Shown here: one piece after another, positions 55,524 to 64,000 of the stretch
Numbering within the stretch: the stretch's first letter is position 1
How the letters are laid out: the number at the start of each line of letters is the position of its first letter
Source of the DNA: Oscillospiraceae bacterium
GTDB lineage: Bacteria > Bacillota > Clostridia > Oscillospirales > Oscillospiraceae
NCBI GenBank assembly: GCA_015067545.1
Contig: SVMG01000008.1
Coordinates: forward strand, 8,390 to 72,389
DNA length: 64,000 nucleotides
Reading direction: 5' to 3'
Position numbers and translations under genes: made by a program
The notes under the pieces: model-generated
What the model was told of the DNA's origin: nothing
The model's database searches: none
What the model saw: only the letters and a program-made list of their open reading frames with translations

Positions 55524-57824
55524 TTATTCAGCAGGAGTAGTGCAAGTAATAACGAACTGGTCGATTGCTATACGGGTGCTACCACTTGCAACACGAATTG
55601 CATAGGTTTTGCCTGCAGTCCATTGATATTCCGTACCATAGACCATGGGAATGATCGAACCACCACTAAAACTTGCAGGAACACTACAGGGATTAGGTGT
55701 CCACCTAGGTCCGAATTTTGTCTCACTGGTGGTAGTATCATCCTCAACCAAAACACCTGTCAAAGTAACATTGGCCCTTGTGTAAACACCGGTGGTTGCC
55801 ACTGTATAGGTACCGGATATCGAGGGTGTAACATACACGATCACATCACCAGGATGAACTGCGGTCGTTACATAAGCATTATTGATGTATGCAGAATGAG
55901 CATTGTTCAGCTTAACAAGCTTTCTGTCCCCAACATTGGAATTCGTGATCAGCTCCACATAATCCGTATTTAAAATAGCCTCTTCGGCATTGATGGCGAT
56001 GGTATTGCTATCCATCACGAACACGCGTTGCTTACCACATTCGCAAACACCGTTGGTATAGGTGTGCTCCACCTTGCTCTCGTCCAGGTCGGTGCAGCCA
56101 CAGGTGTAATCATACCAGTGGTGGGTATCGTCATATGCAATCTCCTTGGTGTGGACGTGTCTTTCCTCACCACAGCCATTGCAGGTGATATCTGCATCAT
56201 CGTCATAGGTATGAATATGTGTGATCGTAAACTGGTCATAACCAATGTTGGAACTGGTGGCCAAGAGGCGGATCGCATAGGTCTTGCCGGCTACCCACTG
56301 ATAACTGTCACCAAATTCAACAGTCGTAAACTTCGACATTTCTGCAAAAGATTTGCCGGTCTCTGTTGCTTCTGCAATTCGCATATACTGATAATAAGTA
56401 TTCTCTGTGGTGGATTCATCCTCCACAAGATAGCCAACAGCGGCAGCACCCTTGGTTGCTACCAATGCTTCAATCTGATAGGTGCCACTCTTTGCAGGAG
56501 TCACATACATAATGACATTACCGGGATATGTCGCCGGAGCATGCACAATCGTCTGATCCACTGCTACCTGGGTTATATATGTTTTAGCATCACTGTAAAC
56601 AAAGCGGGTAGCACTCTCTACAGTCGTTGTGGCAAAGCGCTTATTGAAGCTGATAATGCCCCCAGACTTCGCATTCTCATTAGAAGCGCTATTGACCGCA
56701 CCATACTCATTTGTTTTTATATTCAAGACGGCTTTGTTAACGTCAATGGTAATGGTGTCGGTAGTCATTCCAAATACCTTTTCCTTGTCACAGGATTCAC
56801 ACTTACCATTCACATACACATGGCCGTTGATCCAGCAGCGCACGGCATTGCCGTAACGCATCATAGCATCGGTCAGGGCCTCCAGTTCTGCAGAGAAGCC
56901 AGTGCCATTTGCAACGGCGTATGCATAGCTTTCTGCAGAATACATCAGCTTGTGACTTGTACGGACGCTGTCCTCAGTATTGTAGGCTAAATAGGCTACT
57001 GCGCTCACTGTTTCGCTGAGCTGGGCAGGATTCAGCATGCCGAAATAGGCATAGTAGTGATCCTCAGTGCCCTCGACCTTCTCAAAATCAGTAACCCATG
57101 CATCAAGAGTCTTGCCGTCATTGAAGAAATGGATTGCCAGACCTTCAACGCTTTCAGCCACGAACTCGTAGCGCAGTGTAACGGAATCCTTCAGGTTCAG
57201 GCCTACGCCGTACCAGGTAACAGTAGGTGCGGTAACATCTGTATACTCATACAGACTGCATGCATTAGTCAGGCTCAGATTACCGGTGGTAGCCAGTGCA
57301 GCATACTCGCCCAGATCCGCATTGACCAAGGGAGTGGTTGCTTCCGCAAAGGTCTGAGTAGCCGCGCCGTAGTTCAGCATATCCACCAGCATGGTGCGCA
57401 GCTCGGCATTCTTCCACGCCTCAGTGTTGCTTTCGTTTCTCAGAATGGTCATGCAGTAATCCTTAATGGAAGTGCTGAATTCATGCTTGACCTCGCCGCC
57501 GATATACAGCTTAGCGGTAACCGTTTCGCCCATCTGAGCAGGGGTCAGCTTTGTGCAGCGGAAGGATACATTACCGTTTGCGTCTGCCTCAGGCAGAGTC
57601 GTTCTGGTCTGCACCAGTTCCCCGTCAATGTAGAATTCTACTTTCTCAAAGCCTTCTTCAATAGCAGCCCGATTTGCTTCAAAGCAGATTGCAATATCGT
57701 TCTGCAGGTACAGATTGTAGCCGTTGAATTTCGGCTCGGCAGCTTCGCCGGCCGCTCCTGCCATGGGCACGATGCTCAGCAGCATGGCCATGACCAGAAG
57801 CAAGGATAGAATCTTTTTCTTCAT
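55524..57824 (-). CDS. Secreted non-catalytic modular protein B, paralog of 40994-43213
   Basis: N-terminal ~200 aa nearly identical to paralog A; C-terminal modules differ. Confidence 0.8.
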   Translation of the reverse strand: MKKKILSLLLVMAMLLSIVPMAGAAGEAAEPKFNGYNLYLQNDIAICFEANRAAIEEGFEKVEFYIDGELVQTRTTLPEADANGNVSFRCTKLTPAQMGETVTAKLYIGGEVKHEFSTSIKDYCMTILRNESNTEAWKNAELRTMLVDMLNYGAATQTFAEATTPLVNADLGEYAALATTGNLSLTNACSLYEYTDVTAPTVTWYGVGLNLKDSVTLRYEFVAESVEGLAIHFFNDGKTLDAWVTDFEKVEGTEDHYYAYFGMLNPAQLSETVSAVAYLAYNTEDSVRTSHKLMYSAESYAYAVANGTGFSAELEALTDAMMRYGNAVRCWINGHVYVNGKCESCDKEKVFGMTTDTITIDVNKAVLNIKTNEYGAVNSASNENAKSGGIISFNKRFATTTVESATRFVYSDAKTYITQVAVDQTIVHAPATYPGNVIMYVTPAKSGTYQIEALVATKGAAAVGYLVEDESTTENTYYQYMRIAEATETGKSFAEMSKFTTVEFGDSYQWVAGKTYAIRLLATSSNIGYDQFTITHIHTYDDDADITCNGCGEERHVHTKEIAYDDTHHWYDYTCGCTDLDESKVEHTYTNGVCECGKQRVFVMDSNTIAINAEEAILNTDYVELITNSNVGDRKLVKLNNAHSAYINNAYVTTAVHPGDVIVYVTPSISGTYTVATTGVYTRANVTLTGVLVEDDTTTSETKFGPRWTPNPCSVPASFSGGSIIPMVYGTEYQWTAGKTYAIRVASGSTRIAIDQFVITCTTPAE

Positions 57825-57852
57825 AAAATTCACCTCATTTCATATTTACCGA

Positions 57853-57987
57853 TCACCCAATGGGAATTACCGGTGTGGGAACGCCACCGCCAGTGTTTTC
57901 ATCATCTTCCAGTCCACCGCTCGCGGTTAGGATGTCCTCGGCATGGAATTTCAGAATCTCCAGCCTAGGTTCCAGAAATTCTTTCAT
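57853..57987 (-). CDS. 44-aa RiPP-precursor-like peptide B (absent from the ORF track)
   Basis: AAAGGAGG-N7-ATG; MKEFLEPRLEILKFHAEDILTASGGLEDDENTGGGVPTPVIPIG; 37/44 identical to peptide A. Confidence 0.85.
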   Translation of the reverse strand: MKEFLEPRLEILKFHAEDILTASGGLEDDENTGGGVPTPVIPIG

Positions 57988-58018
57988 AGCATTTCCTCCT
58001 TTTTAAAATTTATTTTCG

Positions 58019-58039
58019 GGGTGCGGCAATGCCGCACCC
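58019..58039. repeat. GC-rich stem-loop, copy 3, upstream of peptide B
   Basis: GGGTGCGGCA-A-TGCCGCACCC, with compensatory changes relative to copies 1 and 2; no U-tract. Confidence 0.75.
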
Positions 58040-58082
58040 TCTGATTTTGGATCAAAACGGAAATTGTATCAACACTGCATGA

Positions 58083-61000
58083 TTATTCTGCAGAAACAAT
58101 TCCGCTAGGGGTGTAGTTTGCATCGGTAGTGATTACAAACTGGTCAATCACACATACACTCTTATTTGTTGTAGTTGCGATCTTGATATGATATTCGTTT
58201 CCAGCAGTCCAAACCGGAGTCACAGTAAGTTTCTGCCAACCAATGGTTGTGCTACTTTCATCGAGTGTAGTAGTAGCAAAGCCGACATATCGATAGCCCG
58301 TTTTACCGGTTGTTGGATCCTTTTCATTATAACCGATATCATCAGCCCACTCATCGCCAGAAACCCAAACATTGCAACCTCCGCCTGAGCTACGATAGCC
58401 CATACGGACCCAAATGTAATATGTGCCGCTTTCATTGGGATTGACAACTGCGTCAATACTTGCTTCGACAGAATCCGTACCATCCAAGGCAGATGCATTG
58501 TCATTCTTTGTAGAAAGATGCACAACATAACCGCCGCTGGCTTCGGCATTCTCTTTCTTGGTCGCATAAGTGGTGCTTGCCTGCCAAGCCTCTGCCTCGA
58601 TTACCGCATGGCCGTTCACTGTACTGGCGGCCTCGCGAGCACCGCAGGTGCAGACCCCGTTGGTAAACACGTGAACATGTCTTTCCGCACCGCAGGTATT
58701 GCAGGTTGTGTCCGCATCGTCGGTGAATACATGCTCGCCCTTTTCGGACACCTGGTCGGCATGCTCGCAGGTTGCGGCATGCCAATGGTGGGTGTCGTTC
58801 GTGGTCCACTGGGTGGAGAAAGTATGCTCATGGTTTTTCACATATGGGTCGTTTAGGTCAGTACTGATATAAATCTGGTCAATCAAATTGCCTGTTGCAA
58901 AATTTCTCAGATTTACTGTATAGGTTTCTCCGGCAGTCCAGAAATAGGCCTTATCAATCTTATAATAATCATCCCGATTCAGTAGGACCCATTCCCATTC
59001 ACTGCTTTGGGTCGTAACCTGCTTCCAGTAGTAGGTATCTGTGGGCTGGCCGTTCTCATCGTTGCCTTGGATATAGCAATACATGCCCGTTCCCTTTGTT
59101 CTGACCCAAATGTAGTACTGTGCAGTCGTATCTGCTGTCACTGCTACGGAAATGTGCGGGATTGCAGTTAGGCCTGCATTTTTCATTGTAGGTGCATAAC
59201 TGAGACCACGGTTGGCTTTTACATAAGTCACGCCGTCGGCAGTGCCTACATCCACCACATCATTCCAAAATACACTGCCATTCATAATGACATTTTCCGT
59301 ACCATTTTCAGCCAGATTTGCATTTTCAGCTTCCACGGACAGTTTACCGCCGGACATTTCCATAGGTTGCAACATTGAGCATCCTGTGCAGACCCGGTTC
59401 TCAAAGGTATGCTGGGCGTAGTCTTTCCTGTCACCGCAGAGACATTCGTGCCAGTGGTGGGTAGTATTGTAACTCCAGGCATCGGCATACACATGCTCAT
59501 GTGCAGGTCTTTCATAGCCACAATCGGAGCAAATGGTGTCGAGAATTGTCTCATAGTTGTGTTCGGCCTTGCCGGAGATCAACTCGACATGATCGCAGGT
59601 TGCCTTGTGCCAGTGGTGCGTAGCATCCTTCTCCCATTCACTGCTGAAGGTATGATTGTGAGGAGTATCCCCAGGATCATTGGTGATATAAATCTCATCA
59701 ACCTGTACACTGGAGTTGTGAGCGCGGAAGCGCAACGTGTACATCTCACCGGCCGTCCAGGTATAGACCTTATCCGAACCGTTCTGAGGATACATACCAC
59801 CGGTACTGTAGGTGTCCTGCATGAATTCCTGATATACTCTGACCCAATAGAAATCCGACGTATTTTCGGAATAACTTCCGTCTGCCTTCTTCAACGGCTG
59901 ACGCCAGTAGTAACTGTCATTTCCTCCGTCAATGTACGCATACAGCGCATTATTCGTACTACTGGAAGGAGCATATACCTTCAACCAAATGTAGTACTCG
60001 CCGCTTGCATCCGGAATCACGGAGAACATCATATGCGGATACGGATCAAAACCGGCCGACTTCATGCCAGATGCATTGGTATATCCTCTGTTGACCTTGA
60101 CTGCTGTGCCGTTGGCAGTAACAGACATTACCTGCGTCGGATAGAACTGCGTGGAATTAGAGGGATCCATGATGTAGTTTTCTGTTCCAGCCGGTGCCAA
60201 AGTGGTATTTTCGGCCTGAACAGTCAATTTACCGCCGCTGGTATTGAAGGGTTTGCCAACATTACAGGTAGTACAAGCAACTGCATCAAAGCTGTGCGTA
60301 CTGTAATCTGCCTTATCGCCGCAAGCACATTCATGCCAGTGGTGCGTAGCATTGTAGCTCCAGGTTCCGCTGTACACATGCACATGGTCGGGTCTGACAT
60401 GGCCGCAATCATTACAGGTGGTGTCCAACAGATTATCGTAGGTGTGTTCAAACTTCGCTACAATCTTATCAGTATGCTCACAAGTTGCCTTACGCCAGTG
60501 GTAGGTATCGTCCTTTTCCCAACTGGTGCTGTAAGTGTGGTTATGCGGGATGTCCTGAGCACTGTTGGTGATATAAATCTGATCCACGCGTACACCAGCA
60601 ACTGTTCCTCTGAAGCGCAGAGCGTAAGTCTGGCCTGCCGTCCAATTGTATGTATGATCGGCAAACTTCGTGGTAGTGCTCTGATATTCTTCGGATATGC
60701 GAACCCAGAAGTAGTCCATCTCACCCTGAGAATAACCGTTTAAATCCAGAGGTTGACGCCAGTAGTAGGTGTCGGAACCGCCCTCAATATAGGCATACAA
60801 CGCCGCACCGTACCTAGCATTTTCAGGAGCATACACCTTCAGCCAGATGTAGTATTCACCGCTCTTGTCTGGGGTCACCAAAGCACTTACGTGCGGGATC
60901 GGTGTGGTTCCTGCTTTCAAGAAGCTGTTCCAAGCAGAATTGGTCTTTGTAAACTGTACTGCCTTGCCGCCTTCTGCATCAGCGCTCTCCACAACCTTAA

Positions 61001-64000
61001 TCACACTGCTGGTGTGGTTGGGAATGTGATTTTCCTTACCATCCGGCGCCAGCATCAAGTTTTCTGCTTCCAGAGTCAACTTGCCGTTGGAGGTAGAGAA
61101 AGGTGCCAGTCCGCCGCAGATGGTACACTTGCCATCCACATAATTGTGGGGGGCGTAGTTGGGGTTGGCGTAGCCACAGGTGTTGCATTCCTTATCGGTA
61201 TGATCCTCAAAGAAGTGCTCCCCGTAATATCTGGGCTCTGCATCGGAGCAGCCGCAGGTGGGGGCATACCAGTGGTGCGTTGCATCTGTACTCCAATTTT
61301 CTGCGTATTTGTGATTGTGCGGTGCATCATTCGGGTCATTTGTGATGTATATCTCATCGACCTGTACACCGGCATACATACCTCTAAGGCCGATGGTATA
61401 GATCCGGCGGGCTGTCCAGCTATAAACATGTTCTGTATACTGCCCTATGCCGGTTTTGTCCAGTTTGTTCTTCGCTTCCTGATACAATCTTACCCAAATA
61501 TAATTATCCGTATCTGCAGAAGAAGTCTCCCAGGTCAGCGGCTGACGCCAGTAGTAATAGTCGTCGCCTCCATCAATCCATGCATAAAGAGCTGTGTTCT
61601 CTACGGCATAAACCTTGACCCAAATGTAGTACTCACCACTCTTGTCGGGCATTACCTGGAAACTAAGGTGCGGTGTGGCTTCAGAAGTCGCAGTTTTCAA
61701 ATCCACCCAACCCGTGTGCGTCTTTGGGAACTCAACAACTTTACCGCCTACTGCACTTTCCTTATTTACCACTTGGGCAACTTCGCCGGAATAATAGGCT
61801 CCCTTGTTAACGATGATGGTCTCCTCGCCTGCCTTCTGCAGCTTGGTATCCTCAGCCTGGATGGTCACCTTGCCATCAGTAGTGGTGAAGACGCCGGTAA
61901 TGGGTTCACAAGTCGTAGAGAGGGTACCGATGGTAACACCGTTAGAGCAAGCCTTGATACGAACATAGATGGATTCGCTTGCCTGGATCTCCACCTCGCC
62001 CAGTTTGACCTTGACGAATTCCCCGACTGTAACGGAAGTCATCTCGCTCAGGTCGCCGAGTTTGTAGTTATATTCGGCATCGTTTGCAGAAACCGCATAG
62101 AAGAACTGATCTCTGCTTAGATTGCTGACCTTCATCGTTGCCCAAATGCTGAACTTACCGCTGGTGTCGGTAACAATATTCAAACTGATATCACCGGGCA
62201 GATTATCTGTCTTCAGAACATAGTCAATATATGCCTGGCTGACGGTGCCGTCAGAGGAAACAGACTGCAGTTTAGCGCCAGTGCCGGATGCCTTCGCCAT
62301 GGAATGCTCATAAATCGCATCCTTTGCGTCAACAGACAGTTCTCCTTCGATGGAGGTCTTTTTGCTGTAGCACTCATCATAGGGCACGTAGGCTGCGTTA
62401 GTCGTCAGGATAAAGCAGTCAATGACCAGGCCTTCACAACCGGAAATCACAGACAGGGTGTATTCCTCATTTGCCTTCCACTCAGTAAGGGCAGTTTGGT
62501 CTTCATACTGGCCCAACTTGACCCATTCAAAGCCATCCTTGTCCTTCTTACCAACATTGAGTTTTTCAGCATAGTAGGAATCACCGGTAATGCCCTCAAT
62601 ATTGACCCAAAGGCTGTCACCCGAAGTAACCTTTGAAGTATTCACCTTTGCCCAAATATAATGAGCGGCGGTTTTTTGCGGAATAAAGGTTGCGTACAGC
62701 TGCGGTGCATTTGCGACCACTGTTCCCGGATTGGTGGTGTAAGCCACCTTCATGAGTACCTGCTCTTTGCCGGAAGCTGCACTGTTTTTCTCGATAACCA
62801 CGGAGGCATTGCTGCCATCAGACTGCATATTGAAGCATTCAGCTTCTGCCAACAACTTGCTGCCTGCAACAGGTGCACCATTGGGATCAATGATCGACTT
62901 CTGCAGGAATACAATTTCTGCAATCTGAGTCCAGGTGTTGTTCGGCGAGGCAGTAGGCCGGCCTGCGTTGGTATATCTGAAACGACCGTGTCCGACGATC
63001 TTAACATATCTCGCCTCGCAGTCCAACAAGAAGGTTGCATATGTTTCATGGTACGTCTTGGGGCTAATCTCTCCAGATCTTGCTTCTTCGTGAAGCGGGA
63101 TGTATTCAACACCATCTACAGATACAAAGATATCAAAAACGTAGTTGCTGTAATATTTTTCTTCTGTCCAGAACATAATCATTACTTCAGTCAGTGGCAC
63201 GACCTTACCCAGGTCGTATATGCCTTCAGTAATGTTATTGCCGGACTCCTGGCTACACCAACGGGTAGTGGTGTCTCCATCTATACTGTTAACCATACCC
63301 AAAGTGGAGTAACCATTGTCAATGAGCCCCTGCACTTGAACCGCAGTGGGGTAATCATACAGTATATCGTCAGACAGAGCAGGAATTGCTGCCTGCGCAT
63401 CCGTGTTCAAACGGATACGATTGATATACTTGTCGTAATACATTTCTCCTTCTTCAGCGACCAGAGCCTTGAGAGTGGTCATATCAAGCAACAGGTCTCC
63501 GTTAGCGGATCGCATCTCATTGAATTCAATTACCTCTCCATCTCTGGTGATGGAGTTTGCTGTGAATACATAGGTAGCTGTCTTATACAGCACAGTATAC
63601 TCTGTACCTTCTCTGTTCCACTGTCCCTGGCCGTTCAGTGCATCAAAAATCGTTGCAACAGGAACCAGATAGTCATCACCGGATACTACCGGATGCACAT
63701 CAGTATAGTAGAAGAAATTGTTAATCAGCAAGCCAATGGGTTCTTCTTCGGTAATAGGAGTCTCATCAAAGGTCTTGGCACTTTCAGATCCGGAGCGAAC
63801 CAGTTTAACAGTGCCGGCAGTAGCCTCAAAGTAAATCATACCGCCATCCTCAGATGCTACCTGCGTGCCGATGGAACTGCCATTGACATACACCGTCCAA
63901 GTACCGGCCTTCAGACCTGCCACATTCACCTTGAAAGTCTCATAGCCTTCACTCTTGGGAATACTGAAGGAGACATCCTGGCTGATGCGGTTGTTGCCAT
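58083..64000 (-). CDS. Paralogous giant lyase B, 3' part (N-terminus beyond the right edge)
   Basis: Frame stays open to the window edge (DGNNRISQDVSFSIPK versus DGNHRISSDVSFTIPQ in lyase A); same order of Cu-oxidase-N-like, F5/8 and beta-sandwich modules; catalytic domain not visible, so inferred. Confidence 0.8.
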   Translation of the reverse strand, partial: GNNRISQDVSFSIPKSEGYETFKVNVAGLKAGTWTVYVNGSSIGTQVASEDGGMIYFEATAGTVKLVRSGSESAKTFDETPITEEEPIGLLINNFFYYTDVHPVVSGDDYLVPVATIFDALNGQGQWNREGTEYTVLYKTATYVFTANSITRDGEVIEFNEMRSANGDLLLDMTTLKALVAEEGEMYYDKYINRIRLNTDAQAAIPALSDDILYDYPTAVQVQGLIDNGYSTLGMVNSIDGDTTTRWCSQESGNNITEGIYDLGKVVPLTEVMIMFWTEEKYYSNYVFDIFVSVDGVEYIPLHEEARSGEISPKTYHETYATFLLDCEARYVKIVGHGRFRYTNAGRPTASPNNTWTQIAEIVFLQKSIIDPNGAPVAGSKLLAEAECFNMQSDGSNASVVIEKNSAASGKEQVLMKVAYTTNPGTVVANAPQLYATFIPQKTAAHYIWAKVNTSKVTSGDSLWVNIEGITGDSYYAEKLNVGKKDKDGFEWVKLGQYEDQTALTEWKANEEYTLSVISGCEGLVIDCFILTTNAAYVPYDECYSKKTSIEGELSVDAKDAIYEHSMAKASGTGAKLQSVSSDGTVSQAYIDYVLKTDNLPGDISLNIVTDTSGKFSIWATMKVSNLSRDQFFYAVSANDAEYNYKLGDLSEMTSVTVGEFVKVKLGEVEIQASESIYVRIKACSNGVTIGTLSTTCEPITGVFTTTDGKVTIQAEDTKLQKAGEETIIVNKGAYYSGEVAQVVNKESAVGGKVVEFPKTHTGWVDLKTATSEATPHLSFQVMPDKSGEYYIWVKVYAVENTALYAWIDGGDDYYYWRQPLTWETSSADTDNYIWVRLYQEAKNKLDKTGIGQYTEHVYSWTARRIYTIGLRGMYAGVQVDEIYITNDPNDAPHNHKYAENWSTDATHHWYAPTCGCSDAEPRYYGEHFFEDHTDKECNTCGYANPNYAPHNYVDGKCTICGGLAPFSTSNGKLTLEAENLMLAPDGKENHIPNHTSSVIKVVESADAEGGKAVQFTKTNSAWNSFLKAGTTPIPHVSALVTPDKSGEYYIWLKVYAPENARYGAALYAYIEGGSDTYYWRQPLDLNGYSQGEMDYFWVRISEEYQSTTTKFADHTYNWTAGQTYALRFRGTVAGVRVDQIYITNSAQDIPHNHTYSTSWEKDDTYHWRKATCEHTDKIVAKFEHTYDNLLDTTCNDCGHVRPDHVHVYSGTWSYNATHHWHECACGDKADYSTHSFDAVACTTCNVGKPFNTSGGKLTVQAENTTLAPAGTENYIMDPSNSTQFYPTQVMSVTANGTAVKVNRGYTNASGMKSAGFDPYPHMMFSVIPDASGEYYIWLKVYAPSSSTNNALYAYIDGGNDSYYWRQPLKKADGSYSENTSDFYWVRVYQEFMQDTYSTGGMYPQNGSDKVYTWTAGEMYTLRFRAHNSSVQVDEIYITNDPGDTPHNHTFSSEWEKDATHHWHKATCDHVELISGKAEHNYETILDTICSDCGYERPAHEHVYADAWSYNTTHHWHECLCGDRKDYAQHTFENRVCTGCSMLQPMEMSGGKLSVEAENANLAENGTENVIMNGSVFWNDVVDVGTADGVTYVKANRGLSYAPTMKNAGLTAIPHISVAVTADTTAQYYIWVRTKGTGMYCYIQGNDENGQPTDTYYWKQVTTQSSEWEWVLLNRDDYYKIDKAYFWTAGETYTVNLRNFATGNLIDQIYISTDLNDPYVKNHEHTFSTQWTTNDTHHWHAATCEHADQVSEKGEHVFTDDADTTCNTCGAERHVHVFTNGVCTCGAREAASTVNGHAVIEAEAWQASTTYATKKENAEASGGYVVHLSTKNDNASALDGTDSVEASIDAVVNPNESGTYYIWVRMGYRSSGGGCNVWVSGDEWADDIGYNEKDPTTGKTGYRYVGFATTTLDESSTTIGWQKLTVTPVWTAGNEYHIKIATTTNKSVCVIDQFVITTDANYTPSGIVSAE

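Noticed and set aside
37750-64000. Integrative or mobile element
   Set aside because: No integrase, transposase, relaxase, tRNA or att-like direct repeat is visible; the region looks accessory, but mobility cannot be supported from this window.

Overview
Chromosomal window from a low-GC-phylum anaerobe; gene content and codon style suggest Clostridia, probably Oscillospiraceae/Ruminococcaceae (inference). Bases 1-37.7 kb are mostly housekeeping: mnmA, yfcE, 5-FCL, rluA-type, hprK, fba, PPi-PFK, glgP-malQ, msmX, sfsA, veg, htpG with a perfect CIRCE, prs, pth, mfd and a VanW protein. The left end carries a secreted GH24 lysozyme-dockerin gene directly upstream of a membrane-anchored cohesin gene. 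Bases 37.8-64 kb are a minus-strand accessory island holding two paralogous cassettes, each [giant heparinase II (PL21)-like multimodular protein] - [GC-rich stem-loop] - [44-aa RiPP-precursor-like peptide] - [~750-aa secreted non-catalytic protein] - [stem-loop]. The island also has AraC regulators, an AraC remnant, a duplicated 117-bp promoter block and two oxidoreductases. No rRNA, tRNA, CRISPR array, integrase or transposase was seen. All family calls come from motif recognition by eye, not database searches.
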